Shown: in pieces, positions 12,184-22,638 of the stretch | Layout: each line of letters starts with the position of its first letter | How positions within the stretch are numbered: position 1 is the stretch's first letter | Assembly: GCA_028534125.1 (NCBI GenBank) | Contig: CM052816.1 | Location: forward strand, 16,928,001-16,992,000 | DNA length: 64,000 nt | Source: Lama glama | Lineage: Eukaryota | Direction of reading: 5' to 3' | The notes under the pieces: model-generated | Database searches by the model: none | What the model saw: only the letters and a program-made list of their open reading frames with translations | What the model was told of the DNA's origin: nothing | Position numbers and translations under genes: made by a program

Positions 12184-12979
12184 CTCTGAAAGAAAACTCT
12201 AGTCTTTGGTGTGTTCTTTGTGTGAGTGTGTATGTGCGAAATTTGTGACTTCTTTTGCATAATAACTTTGATCATTGGTGGGAATGAGATTGTTAGAGGA
12301 GGAAAGTGGTCTTATAATATGAACTGTTCTACAACAGCTCAGAAAAGGTAAGTAACCAAGATTGAGTTTATAATTAATGTTTTAAAGTGTTGCATTGTGA
12401 TAAGGATTGTCTTACTCAGTTTTTCTTGACTGTTTGGGAAGGCTTAAGGTTTTCAGAGTCTGTTCATGGCATTGCTTAAAGATCAGAGCATGGATATAGG
12501 TAGCATCTTTGTTACTGTCTTTGCAGATGGTATTTCTAGAATAGTTTATTACTGTCTCCTTCCTATGTTTCTATGTGTAGAGTTCTTACATATTTCAGAA
12601 TTCATGACATTGCTGTTTGAAGGCTAAACTCAAATTTAGACTTCCCAAATTTATCACCTGGGTTTATTTCAACTTCTATTACTAAGTAAAAATTAAATCA
12701 GTGAAATGAACCAGTACGAGCATTTTATTACAAAGCAATTAATAGGATATTGTCTAGTATTTCAAGCCTTCTTGAGAAAGATATGGAACTTTATGATTAG
12801 ATATGATTAGAAGTCACAGATCTTTTTGGCTTAAAACTAAAGCTTGTTAGGATGCTAAGGAAGTAGAAGTCTTTGTGAGTTGATAAGAAAGTTCAATCAA
12901 TCTAGGAATTAGAAAATTAAATATAATTACAGTATACTTCTAAAGCAGTCCACAAGCATGCATGTGATACAAGCAATGG

Positions 12980-13900
12980 AGCCCTAAAAGTTGGAGAAGT
13001 TTGTGGAGGAGGAGGCTCATTAAAGGATATAGTTTTCATGTTGGTAGAGAAGTTGATTTACAAGCTTAGCAAGCCGAGTTAAGGTACAGGCATCTCTGGT
13101 GGGGGAAATAAGGAGACAAATGTAATTAGAATAGGGATCATATTAACGAATAGTGAAATACTGGTACTGGTCTAAGGGGACAAAATAGGACTGATTTTAT
13201 GGAGGACTTTGAGTGGCAGATTGAGAAATTTGTATTTGAGGTGGTAGCTATGGTAAAGCCTTGAATCAGGAGACTATACTTTTCAGAACAGATTGGATTA
13301 AAAATAGAAAAACTGACCAGAAGTCCATCACATTTATTCAAGAACAAAGGATAGGCATTGGGAAAAATTATTGTGGAAGAAAACTGGAAAGTGGACTTGC
13401 TTACTGAATACCACAGAGGAAAGAGTCAAAACAGGATTAAGAAAGTAGTGTTGATGATGGGCATAAGGAATTTAGGGAGAGCAAATGTTTGGGAAGATAT
13501 TCAGGAAGAAGAGTGATAATAGTTTTAGAGGTGTTGAATTGAAGCAGATGATAGGGCACGTAAAAGGAACTGATCTTTGGGTACATGGAGAAATGAGACT
13601 AGAATGCATATAAAAAGTAAAGATGGAGAGATTTGGAAGCCTTAATGGAGATCAAAGTTGAAACGTCAAAGTATCTACATTTTTTAAAGGACATATTAAG
13701 GAAGCAGAGGACCAAACAAGAACATAGAAGACAGGTTTATTGAAAGTTGTAAAAGGGAGAGAACAAAGGGATCAGAAAACAGGAAAGTGTAGTGTTATGA
13801 AAGCAAGGGAAGATATTTTAAAAACCTGATACTGCAAGTTATTCTGAGCATTGAGAGTTGCATATGACCAGGATACCACAGGTAATCTTAAAGTACACTT
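12980..13900 (-). mobile_element. Degenerate L2 fragment
   Basis: Purine-rich with L2-like words (gtgttgaattgaag, gagatttggaag). Confidence 0.4.
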
Positions 13901-14298
13901 TGAGGATTTAATGGTTGATAGGTGAAAACCGTACCCTAAGGAGAATATCCCTTGTCCCTCAAATTTATTGCCTTGCAGTTGAGTTTAAGAGTTATTTGGG
14001 ATAGAGGAGTTCAGTTGTTAGCTATGCTCCTCCGGTTTTTTCTTTTGGAGAATGAGGAAATCCATGAACAAATAATTATTGGGTAATATTTCTACTATAC
14101 TGTTTGACATAGGGCTTTAACTTTATTCCAAGTGACAGATCACTGTCTCTCGATGTCTCCCTTCAGCTAGCTTTTACTCTTCTTAGTGATGAGTAGAAAT
14201 TTCTAACCCCTTATCTTTCTTCTGAAATTGGGAAATGGAAATGCCTTAGGAATATTGATTTGAGTAAATTTACTGCATTTTTTTCTGTGTATTTACAG

Positions 14299-14577
14299 AT
14301 GGGGCATGAATGGGTTTGGTTGGATTCTGAACAAGACTATCCCAATGACTCTGAGTTGAGCAACGACTGCAGGTCCCTCTTCAGCTCATGGGACTCCAGT
14401 CTGGATCTTGATGTGGGCAGCTGGAGGGAAACTGAGGAGCCAGGGGCTGAAGAACTAGAGGAAAGCAGCCCCGGGAGAGAATCTAGTGAGCTGCTTGTGG
14501 GGGACGGAGGCAGTGAGGAATCTCAGGAAGAGGCAGAGCAAGTCAGCCAGCAGAACCTCCTCCACTTTTTCTCTGAG
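14299..14577 (+). CDS. BRD8: BRD8 long-isoform exon (MGHEWVWLDSEQD...HFFSE)
   Basis: tacag|ATG ... GAG|gtaatg. Confidence 0.93.
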
Positions 14578-17500
14578 GTAATGGGGAACCATCTTTAAAG
14601 ATGGGAGAGTCTCAACCTCCTAAGAGAATGCTTACCCACATGTTATTTCTACCGCTTTTAATGTTTACTAAAATACAAGCTCTACATTGGCAGGAACTGA
14701 GTTCATTGCTGTGTCTCCAGAGCTTGGGGCTGATACAAAACATGCATCATATATGTGCTTTTTAACAGAATGTTCTAAGATCCCAGGCATAGGTCTGAGT
14801 CACAGGAATTGGAATTCCTATACGTAGGACTACTTTGAATATTCATGCACTTCATTCTTTCAGAGTCACAGGAGGTGACGCTTGCCCAAACATTCCTTGA
14901 AGCTTATAATGTTGAGACTTCCAAGAGGCATTCTGTGGTGTGTTTATCACCCTGGCTAACGGCTGAGGACCAGAAATAAACAGAATTGGACAGAGTTTAT
15001 ATTTATGTGGCAACTATACACATTCAGGAGAACTTAGGTCAAGATCAGTAAGAATCCAATTCAGATATTTCCAATTCTATCTGCATTGTCTGGCAGACAA
15101 AATTTTCAGCAGTTTTGTAAACATTATCAGTTAATGAGAGTTGATATTTGAGATGAAAAATTAGAACATAAGCTCCTTAAGGCAAGAATCATATCTATCT
15201 TGTTTTCTTTTGGATTCCTACCAACTAGCCCAGTGCCTATATATATAAGATATTTGATAAATTTTAAATGACTGGATGAATCAAATCAATTTGCCATCTC
15301 AGACTTGCGGCGGTATAAATGATGTGGCATTATTAATATGTAGATGATCATTTCCATTGGTGTTCTTATGCATCTAACAGTAAACTGTGATTGCAGGTAG
15401 CTTATTTAATGGAGCCACTGTGCATTAGCAGCAAAGAATCAAGTGAAGGCTGCTGCCCTCCATCTGGTACCACACAACAAGAGACAAGGGAAATTGAAGT
15501 TATTGAAGGAGAAGAGGAGCCCTGCAGAGAGCCCGAAGAGCTTTCAGCCAAGGTAGACCTCTTGGTAGCTGAGAAGTCATCACTGGAAGAAAATGGAATG
15601 CCAGAAGTGGCTCCAGCTCCTTCCGATATTTGGGTACTTCAGGAACAACCCACAGGGAGTGAAGAGGTAAGTGGTGAGTAACTTAAACCAGCTGTCTGAT
15701 TGGTCCTGTACACCAAGAGGCAGAACAGAGTGGTTAAAGCACATAGGCTAACTCCAGGGAATTCAGCTTACCTGTTCTAAATCCTGGTTTTAGCACCAGT
15801 TAGCTGTGTAAGCTTAGACATGTTAGAGATCATTTTAGAACCTCAGTTTTCTCTGCTGAAGTGAAATAAAAGTGCTCTACCTTATAGGTGTGCTGTAAAG
15901 TTTAAATGAGACAATTCATGTAAAGCACTTAGTGTACTTCATGGCTCATAGTAAACAATCAGTAACATTCAGAATGCCATTAATACTATCTGACCAGTTA
16001 GACTAGTTAGCTCCAGGGCCACAAGTAATAATGACAGTTTCAAAAGGCAACAGTGTCTATCTAAAATTGAGTGTATTGCTTTTTCATTTTTTCTTGGGGG
16101 TACAGAGTCATCAAAGTTCTCTAAGAATTCATTGCCTTAGGTCTAGTTGTCACCTTTCTCTAATTTCTTCTACAACTTTGTATAATAGGCCTCTTCTCAT
16201 CTGAAGGTCAGCTTTCATTTATCCCATGCAAGAAAAATTACTTTCAGGATGGTAAATCTCCTTCTAAACTTTCCTTTGTTTCCTGGCATTCCAGGGGGAG
16301 GTTCAGCAAGAATCCAAAGAGGAGGACCAGGGTGAAGGATATGTGTCTGTGATGGAAGACCAGTGTTCTTCAGGTGAATGTGATGATGGCTTCCACATCC
16401 AGGAGACTCCTCTGGTGAATATCCTTTTCAGCCATGCTACCTCCTCAAAGCTGTAAGTAGAGATTTTTATCCAAGGTTGTTAGGACTCATACTTTCACTT
16501 CTCTTTATGCCTATTTGTATTTCTTGCCATGAACTTACAAAATTACTTTTGTAAATTGAAAAGAAAGAAAGAGTTTGAATACTAGAAATAGAATTAAATA
16601 TAAATTTTATTGTATAAACAGAAGTCTATTTCTGTTTCACAAACATTAAGAATCTCATAAGTAACCCTTCTAATTACTATATTTATTCAGGAAACATGGC
16701 TGAGTCAGATTGTCCTTCAAGTCTAATATTATACCAACTATATTTTTAAAAATATGAAAACATCTATTAACTTGAAATTAAACATTATTTTGAAGTTATC
16801 GCTCTTGTTCCTTTTTCACAAATCTTGGGAAATTGCTTGTATAATTGTCTTTTTTTTTAAAATAAATAATAATGGAGCCAAAGGGCATACTTCAGAATCT
16901 TAATTTTTTTTTTCGGTAAAGTGAACTTTTTAAATCAGAAAAACAGTTATTTTTATTATGGTAATAAATAGTTCCTTTTCTGGGCTTGCTCTTGTATCTA
17001 TCTATTGAGAGAAGATAACACAAATTTTTTTTCCCTTTCTTTTTCTTTACTACATCCCAATCCACCATTATCTGTGGGAAGGCAAACCAGTAATTATTTT
17101 AGCCTTCTTTTGTTTAAGGTATACAACTGAACCATGCATATATATTTTTTAAAGAGCAGATTTCAGATTTTTGTTTCACAGATAGAATACAGCTTAAAAA
17201 CTAGCTTGCTGAAGAAATCGCTTCCTTTGCTTTTCTGTAGCTCTTTTTCTAAGTATTAGCAGATGGCATATGATGATTATCCCCAAAACAGGAAATTTCT
17301 AATCTGGGACGTTTTATCTCAAGACATTTCAGCATCTTGAATGGCAAACTCCACACTCTTATCTTAGAATTTAGGTTAAACATGAAAGCTTTATTAGAAA
17401 GCAATAGATATTAGTAATTGAGTCTGCCTGGCTAGCTAGCTTAAGGGGAGATTAATAGCTGAGTTCTTGTGTTATCATCAGAGAAGCTTAAAACTACTTT

Positions 17501-20500
17501 GAAAGATAGACATTCCTTAGGCTCCTCTTTTCTGGCTTCTCCCTGAGTCTGTACTGACTTCTAGGAGTAAAGTAGAGCTTTTGGAGTACTGCAAGTCCTT
17601 TCCACTCTCATACTTTTACTTGTAATTGCTTGGCATACCTTTCTAAATAGGTGGCAATAAAGGTAAGTAGGAGATTGTTTCATAAAATATTGCAAAGGTG
17701 ATTGATTTTGAGGTTATAGAACCTATCACAGTAACTTTCACTTAAAGGAAACTTACTGAATATCTGTTGTGTGGATGTATGAATAAAGTTGCATCAGTAC
17801 AAAGGAGTATTGTTTATTCTGACTGACTGAACAGAAACAAAGGAAGAGGTTTGTGTGGGGCTTTAAATGCTTTGTTCTGATAGGGCTCTGGGCTTAAGCA
17901 TAAATTGATTTTTGTGGTATGTAATTTAGATACAGGTGAGAAATTGCATCATGAAAATGAATGGTAACATGGCGTTGCTCAGATTGGAGAAAGATGCTCA
18001 AATGGATGCACACAATATGGTACATAAAGCAAAATGAGGGTGTAAAACCCCAGGTGTGAAGAGAACCCATTTAGAGATAATAATGCAGTGTGTAGAGTGA
18101 GAAGTGGAACATGATCTTTAACTTTGGAGTAAACAGAAAATTTGCCAACTAGGAAAATTATAAAATGAAATAAAACATTAAACAGTTGCACCTCTAAAGA
18201 AAACCTAAATAAATTTAGCAGTTTGGCCCAGGAAAGGAAGGGCCATGAGGAGAAATGAATTTTTCTTAGGTATTTTAAAGATTATTAAGGAGAATGAAAA
18301 GGAAAATATTCAAATTGTATAGTATTCAGATGAAATGAAAGAATTCCTTGGGATGTGAAACCAAGTATTTTTTCTCTGGAAATAGAGGAGAGGTACTTAC
18401 TGTATGTGTATGTGTGTGTGTGTGTATATACGTTTTATTGAAATATAGTCAATTTACAGTGTGTCAATTTTTGATGTACAGCACAATGCTTCAGTCATAC
18501 ATGAACATACATATATTTGTTTTCATATTCTTTGAGAGATACTTCTTAATGTGGCATATTTCTACATAAAAACAGGACCAGATTCATTTATCAGATACTT
18601 ATTTGAGCACCTACTATGTGCCAGGCACTTGGGAAACATCAGTGAAAGACTACTTTCATAGACCAGTTCTTTAGAGTCATAGATGCTGGAGAATAAATCA
18701 GGAAGATTCCAAAAGGCACAGGCAATCTCGGTTTGTAGAATACTTTATAAGAATGTAACCACTTCGTTGGGTAATGGTGAAGAGAATATTTATAGAGTCT
18801 GGGGTTTCTTATGGAAGCATTAAGTATGTTTTCATTCCTATGGTGTTATCCTCCAGATGTTAACTAGGAGCATTGTGGGTTGAGGAAACCTCATTACCTA
18901 CCTGGGAGGAGTGGGTCGAATACCATTTATGAAGTTACTGTTTCTTTTCTGTCTTGTTTTATCCTATAGGTCTGATCTAAGCCATAGTGACCCTGTTCAG
19001 GATCATTTGCTATTTAAGAAGACTCTCCTGCCAGTATGGAAGATGATTGCCAGTCACAGGTGGGACTCCAAGCCACTTTTGGAATTCACAGCAAGTCTTC
19101 TCATTTAGAGTGACTCTCCAGGGTTTCTTCATCCTCTCTGGGTTTGTCCCTGAACAGGTTCAGTAGTCCATTTCTGAAGCCTGTGTCAGAAAGGCAGGCC
19201 CCTGGATACAAGGATGTGGTGAAAAGGTCAGTGGAAAAGGGGTCAAGAAAGGTTGGTTGCTTTTATATCTGTCTTTTCATACTTTTATTTCCCACCTACT
19301 AGATTATTTCTTTATTTCATTTATATTACTTAAGCTTAAGATGTATTTTATGGCTGAACAAGATTGTAAAGTTAGGATAAGCTCAGTCCTCATTTGAGAA
19401 TACAAAGAACAAAAGGATAAAGAGGCTTTTTCTTCTTTTTTCAGTATTGACTTTTAAGTAGTATGATCCATTTATTATAATCTTACATTAGTCTTTAGTA
19501 GTTTTTGACACTGTTATTTTGGAACAAAACTTTAAAAGGAACACTGTATTCACTCAGGCAGTTATAGGTATGCTAAGGTGAAGATGGTAATCCAAATGGA
19601 TTTTACAAACATTGGTTGATGGCAGTATTTTGGATTTTTACAGCATAGTTCAGAACCTAAAATACTGTTATAAATGAATATGTTAATAGTGCATAAAAGA
19701 TCAGAAAAGGACCTTTGGAGACAGATTTCTTAATTCTGTAGATGAAGAAACTAAGACTCAGAGGTGGTCATGACTTGTTTGCGATTAACAGTGAATAGCA
19801 GAGCTAGAACTATACCCTAGCTTCTTCCAGTTCAGTTCTCTTTCTGCACTGCTATGCCTTCTCTTATATACCCACTCTCTGTGTCTCATAATATAATTAT
19901 TTATCTTACTATTCACTTGATTCTCACTCTTTTCATCTCCATGAAAGACGAAAAAACTCTTGAGCTTTTGATTATACAGTAAAAGAAGTTGGTACCTGGT
20001 ATATGACTACACATTGTAAACAATCAGTCTGTAACTACCATGTGATAAACTGATCATTGGAACTCTACAACTTTGATACCTCCAATTGTAAAGTGTAGTG
20101 ACTAGACCTGTGGGCTCTGGAGTCAGGCTGCCTCTGAATTGGAATCCAAGCTGTGTGACTTTGGGCAAGTACCTAACTCCTTTAGATCTCAGTTTCCTCA
20201 TTACCGATTGTGATAATGGTACCTACCACATAGGTTTATTGAGAGGGTCAAGTGAGTTAATATAGAAAGTATCTAGCATAGCACTTGGCATATTGTAAGC
20301 AGTACTGCATTAGCTGCTGTTTGTTGCTTTTTTATTATTTGATGGGGATTGTTATCTTTAGCATTGTTTTCATTAAGAGCTGGTTAGTTCTCCAAGAGAT
20401 CATGTTAAGTCACCACATGTTCCACATGAATGTTTGATTTCATCTGATTTCTCTTGGCCACCTGTAGACCCATGGACTTAACTAGCCTGAAAAGGAATCT

Positions 20501-21257
20501 GTCTAAGGGACGGATTCGCACCATGGCTCAGTTCCAGCGTGACCTAATGCTGATGTTCCAAAATGCTGTGATGTACAATGACTCTGATCATCATGTGTAC
20601 CATATGGCTGTGGAGATGCAGCGAGAAGTCTTGGAGCAGATTCAGGTACTGTAGGTAGAGAGCTGCAAGAAAAAGGAGTGTGGTCTCTGGAATCTGATTT
20701 TAGAAAGTCTGTAAGAATAAGGGTGATTCTGAAGGGATCTTGTGTTCCCAGAGTTTATGTGTAGAAGACGATTCAAAGTCCTGAGGGACTGACATTGTAC
20801 TGGCTGGTTTGGAAAACCTGAAGCTCCCTGTGACCAGCTTTAATAGATAGCGATATAAAATAGCCTACGAAGGCAAGCCACAGTGAAGAGCTCTTAAGAG
20901 AACTGGGATAGATAAGTAATGGGAACACCTGCTTCCAGAGCCTCAAGTCAGAGGGCTAAATATGTAAACCGAGGCTGGAGTTACTGTCCATTTTTTAGTT
21001 GCTATAGCTGTTGGTATTAATGTGTGTTCACATTGTCCCATCTATAGGAGATAAGGCATGATAGCTAGAAGGAGACATTTGAAGGTTTCTTTTCTGAACG
21101 TGTTACTTTAAAGAAAAAAGCATAGTTAAATCTGTGTGGAGAAAAATAAAATTGCATTCAAACTTCCATAAAGATTCATAGCTTGCTGTCTGCTTTGACC
21201 CTGTAGGTGCTGAGTATTTGGTTAGACAAAAGAAGAGACTTAACTAGTTTGGAATGA
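14299..21257 (+). CDS. BRD8: BRD8 long-isoform C-terminal exons (second bromodomain); join 14299-14577,15397-15666,16295-16452,18970-19059,19158-19226,20468-20645,21207-21257
   Basis: 1095 nt in frame (364 aa + stop), MGHEWVWLDSEQD...VLSIWLDKRRDLTSLE*; phase-compatible with the donors at 9653 and 10172. Confidence 0.93.
15397..15666 (+). CDS. BRD8: BRD8 long-isoform exon (VAYLMEPLCISS...GSEE)
   Basis: tgcag|GTA ... GAG|gtaagt. Confidence 0.93.
15718..15975 (+). mobile_element. MIR SINE
   Basis: agtggttaaagcac...cctcagttttctc...aatgagacaattcatgtaaagcacttag. Confidence 0.75.
16295..16452 (+). CDS. BRD8: BRD8 long-isoform exon (GEVQQESKEEDQGEGYVS...ATSSKL)
   Basis: tccag|GGG ... CT|gtaagt. 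Confidence 0.92.
18400..18533 (-). mobile_element. Short L1 3'-end insertion with (TG)n-modified tail
   Basis: ttttattgaaatatagtcaatttaca tail motif; flanking gagaggtactt / gagagatactt. Confidence 0.6.
18970..19059 (+). CDS. BRD8: BRD8 exon, start of bromodomain 2 (SDLSHSDPVQDHLLFKKTLLPVWKMIASH)
   Basis: tatag|G ... AG|gtggga. Confidence 0.93.
19158..19226 (+). CDS. BRD8: BRD8 bromodomain 2 exon (FSSPFLKPVSERQAPGYKDVVK)
   Basis: aacag|G ... AG|gtcagt; 69 nt. Confidence 0.94.
20090..20320 (+). mobile_element. MIR SINE
   Basis: ggctctggagtcagg...ctgtgtgactttgggcaagtacctaac...ctcagtttcctcat. Confidence 0.8.
20468..20645 (+). CDS. BRD8: BRD8 bromodomain 2 exon (PMDLTSLKRNLSKG...NAVMYN...EQIQ)
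   Basis: tgtag|A ... CAG|gtactg; 178 nt. Confidence 0.95.
21207..21257 (+). CDS. BRD8: BRD8 long-isoform terminal coding exon (VLSIWLDKRRDLTSLE*)
   Basis: tgtag|GTG ... TGA. Confidence 0.9.
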   Translation: MLSIWLDKRRDLTSLE

Positions 21258-21579
21258 GAACCAGCCAACCCCGTGGATGATAGAAAACCTGTTTTGTTAA
21301 CTTGGAGCTGCTACTCTGAACTTTTCTGGAATTTGGACCTCTCATCGAGACTCTGACCCTAGAGAAGATCCCAGTACTTGTTTACCACTTCTCTGTTGTC
21401 TTTTCTAGTAAGAATAATGCCTTAACTAACAACCAAAGAGTCAAAGGTGCCTGTAGACATAATTTAAAGAAAACAGGAAAAGCTGAGATCTGGGGGTATG
21501 CTGTGAATGTTGCTCACATCTTTGTTCCATAGGCTTAATTTAGAGGTAAATAGATTAAACCTCTTGTTACTGCTCTTTA

Positions 21580-21585
21580 AATAAA
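21580..21585 (+). terminator. BRD8: Distal polyadenylation signal of BRD8 (long isoform)
   Basis: AATAAA about 320 nt after the stop; ATTAAA also at 21554-21559. Confidence 0.7.
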
Positions 21586-21961
21586 TGTTATTTCACAAGT
21601 CAAAATATTGCTTTTTAATTACAGAAGCTAGGAATAGAGGGGATGGCATTATCTGGTGAAATAAGGAAAGTATTTGACATGGGTTTTCTTACATACACTG
21701 TCGGGAAGGGGCTGGGATAGAATAAGGGGAGAGTATCTATGATTTGTCTCATCGTTTATAAAGTAGAGACAATTGAAGTGTCCTTAGAATGGCTAAGAGG
21801 ATGAAATAAGATAAATTATGAGTAAGATGTTAGAAAACGTCTACTGCTTTAATATACGCAAGGGGAATAAAAATGTCTGTGGCTGGTTCCCTTTCTTGGT
21901 CTTAAAAAAAAAACCCAAAAAACAGAAAAACTGGCTGCAGGCTGTGAAGCGCTCTGGTAGG

Positions 21962-22014
21962 ATTGGCCCTCTGCAGCCACCGTTCCTAAGTTGAGTTTCA
22001 GGTCTCCTAGCAAC
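21962..22014 (+). promoter_or_regulatory. NME5: NME5 core promoter: inverted CCAAT box (21962-21966) and RFX X-box GTCTCCTAGCAAC (22002-22014)
   Basis: Motifs sit just upstream of the exon-1 donor in a locally GC-richer segment; X-boxes are typical of ciliary genes. Confidence 0.7.
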
Positions 22015-22048
22015 AAGCTGTGGTGACACAGGAGGAGCCAGGGCTAAG
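22000..22048 (+). other. NME5: NME5 non-coding exon 1 (start approximate)
   Basis: Consensus donor AAG|gtaagt at 22048/22049; the ATG-bearing exon begins right after an acceptor. Confidence 0.7.
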
Positions 22049-22509
22049 GTAAGTGCTCAGATGAGGGTCGGGCTCTGAAGCAATACGAGGTGCAGCCTGC
22101 AGAGGCTCAGGGGACCTAGGGATTCTGCTTTCCAGTCGGGCCTGACCTTATGCGTAGTTGTCCCTGGAGGGGCGGGCCCCTCACCTGCTGCCGCTTGAGT
22201 GATGCAGAGTTGCCAGCCTGCTCTCCTGTGCCCACAGGGTCGTGGGCTTTTGAATTTCCCTTGGCCTCTCCACCTTAATGAAAACGTTTAGGAAAACACC
22301 CGCACAACTTAGACGCAGAGTAGAAATCGTGCTAAAATTGAGACACTACTTGTAGGAAAAGATATGACAGTTTTCAACTTTATATATTAATAAAGTCAAG
22401 CTCCTGATAATGCTGTTTAGTCACAATTACATTCAATTTGGGGTGGGGGATGCATGTCATTACAGTTGATACCTGTCAAGAATCTTAAATTGTCCTCTGA
22501 AAAGCCAGA

Positions 22510-22638
22510 ATGGAGCTATCAATGCTCCCACCTCAGATCTATGTAGAAAAAACTCTGGCCATTATCAAACCAGATATTGCTGACAAAGAGGAGGAGATAC
22601 AAGACATTATTCTCAGATCTGGATTCACCATTGTTCAG
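22510..22638 (+). CDS. NME5: NME5 first coding exon ([22 protein letters not shown]...FTIVQ)
   Basis: agaATGG Kozak context; CAG|gtaact. Confidence 0.95.

Noticed and set aside
20645..22510. In-frame BRD8-NME5 fusion via NME5 exon 2
   Set aside because: The phase-0 donor joined to acceptor 22505 or 22509 leaves 5 or 1 nt before the ATG, so it is out of frame; only skipping to 27029 would be in frame and nothing supports that
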